Source of the DNA: Bacteroidales bacterium
Lineage (GTDB): Bacteria > Bacteroidota > Bacteroidia > Bacteroidales > JAIOZK01
Direction: 5' to 3'
DNA length: 64,000 nt
Assembly (NCBI GenBank): GCA_021740625.1
Contig: JAIOZK010000002.1
Span: forward strand, 248,497 to 312,496
The notes under the pieces were generated by a model, which did not search any database, was not told the DNA's origin, and saw only the letters and a list, made by a program, of their open reading frames with translations. A program made the position numbers and the translations under genes. Below are positions 10,511 to 18,985 of this stretch, in pieces. Within the stretch, counting starts at the first letter, position 1; each line of letters begins with the position of its first letter.

Positions 10511-11788
10511 TTATGATCTTTTCAGCGTATCTCTGATCATCTGCCTGAATTCAATAAAATCTTTCTTAACAGGCATAAAATCCCCGGGTTGCAGATCGGA
10601 TTGCCTGTAAAAGTAGAGCATGACCACGCAGGATGTTAGTGTGTAAGATATGCTTGTTGCCAGTCCTGCACCAATAATCCCATAAACAGGGATCATAATA
10701 TAAAACAAAATTAGCGAAATGATCATCCCTGCAAAGGAAGAGATTGTATTGACATGGTATTGACCGGTCCCGGAAAAATAATGGCCTACGATCAAGGCCA
10801 GGTTAAAAAACAAAACACCGGGCGCCAGGGAACGGATCACCTGTCCGACTGCCCCGAAACCTTCTCCAAAAATAAAAACCCAGAAATCCGAAGGCAGGAT
10901 GATCAGGATGGTCAGCAAAACAATACTGATCAGTATGGAAGCTTTTGAAAGGGACACTGTAAGTTTTTGGCTGTATTTTCTGTCATCGGTGTTGGCAATA
11001 CGGGCATACTGCACCAGGCTGATGCTTCGGCTGATCAGCCAGATAGATTCTACGATGGAGGTTCCATTGGAATATATGCCTACTTCTGCTTCCGAATAAA
11101 TACTTTGCAGGAAATAATAACTCACCCTGAAACTGAACAACTGGAAAATATGTGCCAACTGGTTCAGGATGCCATATCTTACCAGTTGTTTTGTAACTTC
11201 TGTATAATTGGTTATTCGGGTAAATCTGAAACTTTCCGCAATTCGGAACAAATAGAAAAGGCTAACAAAGAAGGATATGCCAAAAGAAATATAAAGAGCG
11301 ATAATATAATAATCGATGCTTTTTTGATCCAGGATAAAGTAAAACAATAGGAGTGAGAGCCCGGTGATCAAAGGTTGAATGAATGCCACCAGGTTGGAGG
11401 TTTTGATCTTTTCTTTTCCTACCAGGATGGTGGAGTTTACATAAGTGAAAGTGTTGATCAATGCCAGCAGGCATACATGGATCATGAATTGCTGATCGAC
11501 CAGTTCGGAATATTGCAAGACTACGAAGGCTACAGCACTGGTAAGTACCGCCCATACATAAGCCGGGATCATGATGAGGTAATAGGAAAAGCGCGGGACC
11601 AGGTAAATGATGGCGCCACCACCCATGAGATTGGCAAAAACGATGATATAAGCTGTGGTGGCCAGGATCAGTCCCTGCTGCCCTTTCCCTTCAGGTCCCA
11701 GGACATTGGAAATAATGATGGCGATCAGCAACTGGAAAACCGCCGACATGAAACGGGTACCGAATGTATTTAGAATGCGGCCAAGCAC
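10511..11788 (-). CDS. Wzx/MATE-like polysaccharide flippase
   Basis: About 12 TM segments; LGPEGKG near the N-terminus, EVGIYS, IPVYGIIGAGLATSISY. Confidence 0.85.
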   Translation of the reverse strand: MLGRILNTFGTRFMSAVFQLLIAIIISNVLGPEGKGQQGLILATTAYIIVFANLMGGGAIIYLVPRFSYYLIMIPAYVWAVLTSAVAFVVLQYSELVDQQFMIHVCLLALINTFTYVNSTILVGKEKIKTSNLVAFIQPLITGLSLLLFYFILDQKSIDYYIIALYISFGISFFVSLFYLFRIAESFRFTRITNYTEVTKQLVRYGILNQLAHIFQLFSFRVSYYFLQSIYSEAEVGIYSNGTSIVESIWLISRSISLVQYARIANTDDRKYSQKLTVSLSKASILISIVLLTILIILPSDFWVFIFGEGFGAVGQVIRSLAPGVLFFNLALIVGHYFSGTGQYHVNTISSFAGMIISLILFYIMIPVYGIIGAGLATSISYTLTSCVVMLYFYRQSDLQPGDFMPVKKDFIEFRQMIRDTLKRS

Positions 11789-11789
11789 C

Positions 11790-12992
11790 TTATGGGTTTT
11801 GGTTCAGAATTTCCGAATATACCTTGTATAACGAACGTCCGATCACTTCATTGCTGAAATGATCAACTGCATATTTTCTGATTTTGTTTTTGTCGTATTC
11901 ATCCAGGTGGTCGAGCATGTTTTCGATGGCTTCCAGGAATTCGTCTTCATCTTTTGGCGTGGTGAGTTTTCCAAGATCATCATTCATATGTTCATGAATC
12001 CCGCCCACGCGGGTCGAAATTACGGGAACACCACAGGCATAGCTTTCCAGGATGACCACCGGAAGATTTTCATGATTGCTAAACATGATCATGAAATCGG
12101 CCTCTGCCATGATGTTTGCCAGCTCCTGATTTTCTTTCAATCCGTAAAAATGAACAAACTTACCAGTGAGATCCAGTTGGTCGGAATAGTTTTTCAGTAT
12201 TTCAAAATCCACTCCATCACCCACCATCACACATTCGAAATCCTGTCTTTTCTCGCTCAAACGTTTCAGTACCCTCAAAATCCCCGAAATGTTTTTCTGA
12301 ACATCCGCAAAACAAGAAAGATGGAGTATCTGTTTTTTATCGTTTTTTCTTTTTCTTGTTTTGGGAGAAAACATTTCCACATCCACCACATTGGGGATGA
12401 CTACATAATTGTCGTTTTTTAGGTTATTATTGATCATGGCATCCCGGAGATTGGCGGTTACAGGTAAAATGGCAGAAGCCCTTTTTACCACCCATTGAGT
12501 GGCCAGTTTACGGAAAAAACCATGATAAGTATCTGTTGAAGGAAGGTATCGGGTCCAGTGCTCGGTGATCAGGTAGGGTGTGCCATGCCTGATTTTGTTC
12601 AGCCAGGCAATGATGCCCAGGCGTGTGAGCACATGTACATGCAACAGGTCAGCCCTTCTGACTTTCTTTCTGATGATCCTGAATCCTTTCTGGTGGCTTT
12701 TGAAAAAGCGTATGCTGTTGACCAGGTTTGCGAGTGGTCTGAAAGCAATGCCGGATTTCTGGAAATAGATCTTCACGGTGAACATACCATTTTCATCGCT
12801 TTCGATGATATCATATTTTTTATCTTTCAGCTTGTCATCACTGTGTACATAAAGTACGGAAACATCGCAATGGGGCAAAACCGAGAGTCCATGTCGCTCA
12901 ATAAACAGTCCGGGCATGGGATCGTAGCGATTGGGATACCATCTTGGCAGATATAAAACGTGAAACCTGGTAGTCTTTTTTTTCATCTTCAT
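11790..12992 (-). CDS. Glycosyltransferase family 4 (GT-B)
   Basis: ITEH, VIPNVVD and ENLPVVILESYACGVPVISTRVGG motifs; 1 nt upstream of the flippase. Confidence 0.9.
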   Translation of the reverse strand: MKMKKKTTRFHVLYLPRWYPNRYDPMPGLFIERHGLSVLPHCDVSVLYVHSDDKLKDKKYDIIESDENGMFTVKIYFQKSGIAFRPLANLVNSIRFFKSHQKGFRIIRKKVRRADLLHVHVLTRLGIIAWLNKIRHGTPYLITEHWTRYLPSTDTYHGFFRKLATQWVVKRASAILPVTANLRDAMINNNLKNDNYVVIPNVVDVEMFSPKTRKRKNDKKQILHLSCFADVQKNISGILRVLKRLSEKRQDFECVMVGDGVDFEILKNYSDQLDLTGKFVHFYGLKENQELANIMAEADFMIMFSNHENLPVVILESYACGVPVISTRVGGIHEHMNDDLGKLTTPKDEDEFLEAIENMLDHLDEYDKNKIRKYAVDHFSNEVIGRSLYKVYSEILNQNP

Positions 12993-13095
12993 CGCGCAGT
13001 AACGAAATGCAAAGGTAGATATTAGGCGTGAATACAGGAATTAATTGGGATTATAATTTGGTTGGTAACGCAATTGATAAAAAGCCAGAATAGAA

Positions 13096-14486
13096 CTAAT
13101 AATCATTTGAGGAGTTCTTAATAATTTTTGTTGCATAATTGTTGCCTGGGGTTTTTATTGCAAGTATGTACACTCCGGGTGGAATATGAGACAGGAATAG
13201 TCTATTGTTACCACCTTCACAGGAATGTTGGCTAATTATTTTGCCATCCAAACAGCCTTTCCGGAATGGGATCCAAGAATGTCAGGATCCAGATCACCAT
13301 CAAAATCAACCATGTTGATATTCCATATCCTGTCGAAAAAAATTCCAATATTTTCTTTCTCAAAGTTTTCATTTCCATCATTTAGAAGTTTGTAAATCAT
13401 TTTATCATGCCTGGCAGAAACACAAATGTCAAGGTTACCATCATTGTCAAAATCCAGAACACTTAAATTTTTCGCTCCACCTATACTGTCTATGATTTCC
13501 CCATAAGTAAAGTTCTGACTTCCGGTGTTTTTAAACCAACTAACCTTATCTCCCACATATGAGCTCAGCAGAATGTCCTGATCATTGTCCTGGTCCAGAT
13601 CATACGTAGTCACAAATGATGCCTGACTGAGTGTGTCAGAAATAGGCTGTAGATTGAAATTTTGGGATCCATCATTTTCGCAAATAACTATCAACTCATC
13701 AGATTCAGAAACTGCTACTATGTCTATATCTCCATCATTGTTATAATCACTGCAACAAAAATGTTGTATGCAATACAAATCTTCAATAATGGGATGAGAT
13801 TCGAAATTTTCAGTTCCATCATTCTTGTACCACTCCAGTTGCTTTGTCCCATTTGATGCTAAAATCAGGTCCTTATTACCATCCAGGTTCAGATCTTTCA
13901 CTGCAAAATAAAAATTCATCTCACTATAATCAATAACAGTCTGTCTGTTAAAAGATTGATATCCATTATTCTTATGCCAGATTATTCTTTTTGTATAAAA
14001 ATCATTGCTTAAGATATCAACATTTCCGTCTCCATCCAGATCGACAATTATTAAATTTTCCGGTCCGTTTTCATTGTTTGATAACACATGTAGTGTGTAT
14101 TCTCTGTTTCCTGTGTTTTGCAGCCAATAAATACTATTGCTGCTGAAAATGCTAAATGAAATATCCGGGTTTCCATCCGAATCAATATCACCAACGTCGA
14201 GTGATTTAATATCAGGCTTATTGCTTAATAATACGATCATTCCATAATGGTCTCCAATTCTCTCCAGGAGATACAGGTTTCCATTATCCGAAAAGACAAC
14301 ATCAAGATCACCATCCTGGTCCATATCAACAATTCTATGCATATTGATGTATCCGAAGGATTTGGAAATATAAACCGGGTCGTTGAATTGAACTTGCCCC
14401 TGTAGCTTAAATGATGTCAAGAGTGCACTTAAGAAAAGGAAAACCAAAGGTAAAATGCAGTACCTGCTTTTTTGTATTGTTTTCAT
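13096..14486 (-). pseudogene. Disrupted T9SS cargo gene: FG-GAP/VCBS repeats (ORF 13236..14486) joined out of frame to the second half of a type A CTD
   Basis: The ORF stops mid-repeat (KAVWMAK*). Another frame from ~13253 reads LDGKIISQHSCEGGNNRLFLSHIPPGVYILAIKTPGNNYATKIIKNSSNDY* (stop 13096-13098), a CTD lacking its YPNP half. Confidence 0.75.
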
Positions 14487-14585
14487 TGGACTGTTGAATA
14501 TAAATACATAAAGATAAAGTAAATTGTGTTCTGTGTAATTTTTTCAAGTGATTTATCTAAGATAAAAACCTGATTTGGAGAGTTC

Positions 14586-14670
14586 GGCCCGAAGGGCCTG
14601 CATAACATAACACAGGGCATCGCCCTGTGATGAATGATCAAACGCTTGATACCAGCGCCCTGAAAGGGCA
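14586..14670. repeat. REP-like triple-hairpin element
   Basis: GGCCC-GAA-GGGCC (14586-14598), CACAGGGC-ATC-GCCCTGTG (14611-14629), GCCCT-GAA-AGGGC (14657-14669). Confidence 0.7.
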
Positions 14671-14775
14671 ATATAGTTATTGCTTTAAGTGAGCGTTTTG
14701 CTGGGTGGAACAATAAGATTCCGGTCCGAGCTTTTCTGGCAAAGCCCTCGCAGAAAATCTAATGCAGCCAAATAA

Positions 14776-15321
14776 CTAAAACCCGCCAAATTTCTCCACA
14801 ATCCGGATGGCATTCTCCAGCCGTTGCTCACCCCGGCCCGAAACAATATGATAGTTCGAACCAAATGTCTGCAATTCTTTTTCAAACCAGCCAAAGAAAA
14901 ACTGCCTTTTATCAGGATGCTCCCTTTGTGGGTCGGATTGCCAGGGAAGATCGATATTCGTGAGTAAAATGAGGTCATAGCGGTTACTTTCAATATTTTT
15001 CAGGATCCATTCAGGACATTGATCGTATTTGTATTCTGCCCAGATCTTGCATACAATTAGCTCGGTATCGCAAAATAAAATCTCCCCTACCTTTTGTTCT
15101 TTTTCCTTCTCTTTTTTAAGCTGACCCCTGGCAATATTTTCAATATCCGTAAGCTTGTATGGATGATCCAGCTTATCAATATACTCACGGGCATATTCAG
15201 GTACCCAGTCGCACTGATAGTGTTTGGCCAGCTTTTCGGCCAGTTCTGATTTGCCGGTGGATTCCGGTCCGGTGATGGCGATCTTTATGATGCTGATTCT
15301 TTTTTCATGTCTTTTAACCAG
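14776..15321 (-). CDS. NadR-type P-loop kinase/ATPase (AAA_28-like); missing from the ORF track, probable CTG start
   Basis: Open frame KRHEKRISIIKIAITGPESTGKSELAEKLA...VPEYAREY...FCDTEL...DLPWQSDPQREHP...RLENAIRIVEKFGGF*; no ATG/GTG/TTG between the upstream in-frame stop and the Walker A motif. Confidence 0.85.
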   Translation of the reverse strand: MVKRHEKRISIIKIAITGPESTGKSELAEKLAKHYQCDWVPEYAREYIDKLDHPYKLTDIENIARGQLKKEKEKEQKVGEILFCDTELIVCKIWAEYKYDQCPEWILKNIESNRYDLILLTNIDLPWQSDPQREHPDKRQFFFGWFEKELQTFGSNYHIVSGRGEQRLENAIRIVEKFGGF

Positions 15322-15890
15322 GCCAAATATCCGACAAAGGCCAATACAGTCAATACGGCAAAAAGTATCGTTGTCGGGTATAAACCTTTATAAATATATA
15401 TGCCTACCGAAGTGGCATCCACCACAATCCAGATGAGCCAGTTCTCGATGTACTTTTTCGCCAGCATCCATGTGGCCACAAAACTCAGGGAGGTGGTGAA
15501 TGAATCCCACCAGGGAACGTCAGAATCGGTGAAATTGATCAGAATCCAGGCAATGAAGAAAAAAAGCACAATGCTGATGGACAGGAGGATCAGTTTAAGC
15601 TTCTCAGGAGACTTACGCACTGGCGCCTCCGACTTCTGCTTATCTTTTTGCTTTCCACCATGCAACCAGTAGTACCATCCGTAAAAGGAAACCACCAGGT
15701 AATACACCTGCAGCGACATATCAGCATACAACTTCGATTGTATATACACATAAATATACATGCTGACCATGATGATGCTCACCAGCCAGTACCAAACGTT
15801 TTGCCTGATCTGCAGGCTGATGGCCAGCAATCCGAGAGCGGCTGCGATCAGCTCAATGTAATTCTCCGAAACCCATTGAATAACAAGCAT
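15285..15890 (-). CDS. pnuC: PnuC-family vitamin/nucleoside transporter
   Basis: LYADMSLQVYY, YGWYYW, WDSFTTSLSFVATWMLAKKYIENWLIWIVVD motifs. Confidence 0.9.
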   Translation of the reverse strand: MLVIQWVSENYIELIAAALGLLAISLQIRQNVWYWLVSIIMVSMYIYVYIQSKLYADMSLQVYYLVVSFYGWYYWLHGGKQKDKQKSEAPVRKSPEKLKLILLSISIVLFFFIAWILINFTDSDVPWWDSFTTSLSFVATWMLAKKYIENWLIWIVVDATSVGIYIYKGLYPTTILFAVLTVLAFVGYLAWLKDMKKESAS

Positions 15891-15896
15891 TCCGGG

Positions 15897-16151
15897 CTAT
15901 TTCATGACCACATTCAGATCGGCATTGACTACCTTCATGATGAATACGGAATGGGGGAGTTCGAATGCATTTTTGATCTCCTGCTTTAAAATATCAATAA
16001 CATCATCGTAGGTCCCGAAGACCTGCGTGCTCATGCCATTGGTCTTTACTTTCAGCTCTTTGTGCGTGTTAAGCCTGTCAATGAATGATTTGATCGGGGG
16101 AATATATTCATCATTCAATGGATAATAACTTATTTCTACCGAGATATTCAT
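15897..16151 (-). CDS. Thiamine-binding protein (YkoF/UPF0045-like)
   Basis: MNISVEISYYPL...TNGMSTQVFGTYDDV pattern; TAATTTTG -7 element at 16171-16178 favours the start at 16151. Confidence 0.75.
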   Translation of the reverse strand: MNISVEISYYPLNDEYIPPIKSFIDRLNTHKELKVKTNGMSTQVFGTYDDVIDILKQEIKNAFELPHSVFIMKVVNADLNVVMK

Positions 16152-16255
16152 AGCTTTTGTTTTAGGCATGCAAAATTAAGACTTATGAGTGATAAATGAT
16201 ACATCAACTTGTATTAATTGGGCAATATACCGACATTTGCAGAAAAACAAATAAA

Positions 16256-17134
16256 ATGAAAAAAGGTGCATATACATTACTTGTCACTCCTTTCAAGGAA
16301 GATTATTCCCTGGATGAAGAAGCTTTGAGAAACATCGTCAGGATGCAGGTCGAGTCGGATATCGCAGGCATAGCCCCTTTGGGGGTTACCGGTGAAAACC
16401 CCCTGCTTTCAGATGCAGAAGTAAAACGCGTGGTTCAAATCATTGTTGAAGAGGCCAAAGGAAAAAAGTATATTATGCCTGATCTCTGCCTGATGGGAAC
16501 ACCGGAATCTATTATGCGGGCTCAGATGTATGCCGATCTGGGCGCGGATTATGTGGTAGCTTTCTCCCCATATTTTGTTTTGCCCAGGCCGGAAGGATTG
16601 ATGAAATATTATATCGATGTCGCAGATGCCTCACCCATCCCACTTATTCTGCATAGTTCAAAAGGTCGCACAGGGGTTGAGCTGACGCCGGCTATGACTG
16701 CTGAACTGGCCAAACACCCTAACATTGTTGCTACCAAAGACGGGAAGAAGGAACTTGATCATCTGGCCAAACTGATCTACCTTACAAAAGATGAAGATTT
16801 CCTGGTATTCACCGGTAAGGATACCACTGCATTTCCGACTGTAGCATTTGGTGGAGCAGGAACTTTTACTGTTGCCGGAAACGTAATTCCTGATATCATG
16901 GGAAAAATGATCAATCATGCCCTGGAAGGAAATCTAGAAGAAGCCAACAAAATGCACCTGCAGTATTACCGGCTCTTTGAAGCATGCCGTTTCGAAACCA
17001 ATCCTATGGCGGCCAAGAGAGCACTTGAGTTGATGGGAAAGATCAACGGCATGCTCCGTCCGCCCATGACAGAACTGAGTGAAGCAAAGACGCAGGAACT
17101 GAAGACCATCCTCGGCGAAAACGGATTGTTATGA
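16256..17134 (+). CDS. DapA/NAL-family (dihydrodipicolinate synthase-like) enzyme with a non-canonical active site
   Basis: Aligns without gaps to E. coli DapA up to Lys161; keeps VTPF, R138, K161, ETNP and LRPP but has V44, F107 and H133. Confidence 0.85.
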   Translation: MKKGAYTLLVTPFKEDYSLDEEALRNIVRMQVESDIAGIAPLGVTGENPLLSDAEVKRVVQIIVEEAKGKKYIMPDLCLMGTPESIMRAQMYADLGADYVVAFSPYFVLPRPEGLMKYYIDVADASPIPLILHSSKGRTGVELTPAMTAELAKHPNIVATKDGKKELDHLAKLIYLTKDEDFLVFTGKDTTAFPTVAFGGAGTFTVAGNVIPDIMGKMINHALEGNLEEANKMHLQYYRLFEACRFETNPMAAKRALELMGKINGMLRPPMTELSEAKTQELKTILGENGLL

Positions 17135-18048
17135 AAGAAATGAGCGTGCTGGCACCGGCCACAAGTGCAAATGTGGGGCCCGGCTATGATATTTTTGCCA
17201 TGACCTTGCAGGAACCCTGTGATGAAATCAGGGTTTCATTGAATGATAGTGGAAAAGTCAGCATTGAAGCTGAAGGCGATGCCCAGAACATCCCCCTGGA
17301 CCCGAATGATAATGTTGCAGGCTTGGCTGTGCTGGAACTATTGAAACGAAAGAAGATCAAAAAGGGTGTTCATATCCGGATCATTAAAAACATGATTTCG
17401 GGTGGCGGGCTTGGTACAACAGGAGCTTCAGCAGGCGGTTGCATTTTTGCACTCGATAAACTGTTAAAACTGAACCTCTCCGATAACGAAAAGGTTGACC
17501 TGGCCAGGATGGGTGAAATTGCCTCAGGTGGCTCTCCCCATGCGGACAATGTGGCTGCCGCCCTGCTGGGAGGTTTTATACTGGTGAAATCTTATTATCC
17601 CATTGATGTGCTTCGACTGGAAATGCCCGAGTTTCCCCTTGTATTGGCTGTGATCAAAAAGAGTCAGCGTACGACACGCGGTTTTATTACCTATGAGATT
17701 GGTCAGGAAAAACTGAAAGAACAGATGGCGCTGTGTTCCAGGGTTATTCATGCCGTGCATACGAAAGATATTAAGGAATTTGGAAAGGCAATCAGCGTGG
17801 ATCATATCGCGGAACCGGTGCGCTCAGCGGCCATTCCCGAATACCAGGATGTAAAAAGGGCTGTGCTGAGAGCAGGAGCCTATGGTTTCCAAATCAGCGG
17901 CGGGGGATCATCCGTAATTTCTGTTTGTGATCCTGAATTGATCGATGATGTGGCTGCTATCATGGAAAAAGGTTTTGCCGGGAATGAGAATTTTGTGAAG
18001 GTGATCAAAACCCGGACCAGTAATCTGGGGGTGAGGATCAGTGAATAA
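17131..18048 (+). CDS. GHMP kinase, homoserine kinase-like (divergent)
   Basis: APATSANVGPGYD, GGGLGTTGAS P-loop, HADNVAAALLGG, EPVR, ISGGGSS; 4-nt overlap with the upstream gene. Confidence 0.85.
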   Translation: MKEMSVLAPATSANVGPGYDIFAMTLQEPCDEIRVSLNDSGKVSIEAEGDAQNIPLDPNDNVAGLAVLELLKRKKIKKGVHIRIIKNMISGGGLGTTGASAGGCIFALDKLLKLNLSDNEKVDLARMGEIASGGSPHADNVAAALLGGFILVKSYYPIDVLRLEMPEFPLVLAVIKKSQRTTRGFITYEIGQEKLKEQMALCSRVIHAVHTKDIKEFGKAISVDHIAEPVRSAAIPEYQDVKRAVLRAGAYGFQISGGGSSVISVCDPELIDDVAAIMEKGFAGNENFVKVIKTRTSNLGVRISE

Positions 18049-18198
18049 ACCTGAAGATTTTCTTTTTGAGATTGCTTAAATCAGTGAGACTGTTATTTAA
18101 CCCCATATTCCTGCGAGAATGGGTGCTTACAGGAAACGGATCGATAAACAGGAAAAGAAATAAGAGAGTGATTTGTTTTATAATATCGAAAATATAAA

Positions 18199-18966
18199 AT
18201 GATGAAAATTGATTTTAGTGGCAAGAACGTACTCGTGACAGGATCATCCAGGGGTATCGGGAAAGCGACTGCTGAAATGTTCGCTGCTTCAGGCGCCCGG
18301 GTAATTGTGCATTACAACAATAATAAGACATTGGCCGAAACGGTTTTAAAAGGACTCGAAGGCAGTGGCCATGGTATAGCAAATGCTGATATTGCCAACC
18401 CGGAAGCCGTTCAGGGAATGGTCAAAGATATCATGGCAAAATACAAAAGAATTGATGTGCTGGTGAATAATGCCGGAATCTATGAAGAGGTCGACCTGAT
18501 GACCATGAATTTCAAAGAATGGCAGCAAAGCTGGAAAAGGACCATTGAAACCAATCTGACAGGAGTTAGTAATCTGAGTTTCCTTGTGATCAGGGAAATG
18601 GTGAAACAAGGAGGCGGCAGGATTGTGAATGTTTCATCCCGCGGGGCTTTCCGCGGTGAACCGACAGCGTTTGCTTATGGGGCCAGCAAAGCAGGACTCA
18701 ATGCAATGGGTCAGTCCATGGCAAAAGCGCTGGCCCCGCAAAATGTGTTTGTTTATACGGTGGCACCGGGATGGGTAGAAACTGATATGGCCGCCGATGG
18801 ATTGAACAGCCCCGGTGGAGATGACATCAGGGCGCAAAGTCCCATGAAAAGAGTGGCCAGGCCGGAAGAAATTGCCAGGAGCATTATTTATCTTGCTTCT
18901 GAGGGAACCGAATTTATGACGGGCTGCATCCTTGATGTGAACGGAGCGTCTTACCTCAGAAGCTGA
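18199..18966 (+). CDS. Classical SDR family NAD(P)-dependent oxidoreductase
   Basis: TGSSRGIG, LVNNAG, NVSS, YGASK, VAPGWVETDM. Confidence 0.92.
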   Translation: MMKIDFSGKNVLVTGSSRGIGKATAEMFAASGARVIVHYNNNKTLAETVLKGLEGSGHGIANADIANPEAVQGMVKDIMAKYKRIDVLVNNAGIYEEVDLMTMNFKEWQQSWKRTIETNLTGVSNLSFLVIREMVKQGGGRIVNVSSRGAFRGEPTAFAYGASKAGLNAMGQSMAKALAPQNVFVYTVAPGWVETDMAADGLNSPGGDDIRAQSPMKRVARPEEIARSIIYLASEGTEFMTGCILDVNGASYLRS

Positions 18967-18985
18967 CAGCTAAAGGAGTATCGTT

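Noticed and set aside
14685-14993. Track ORF of 102 aa suggesting a frameshifted kinase
   Set aside because: It is an alternative frame over the real kinase gene, which reads uninterrupted to TAG at 14776-14778.
16152-16255. TPP riboswitch ahead of the thiamine-binding protein and pnuC
   Set aside because: The spacer is short and AT-rich and lacks the CUGAGA/ACCUG/AGCG-GGA core.
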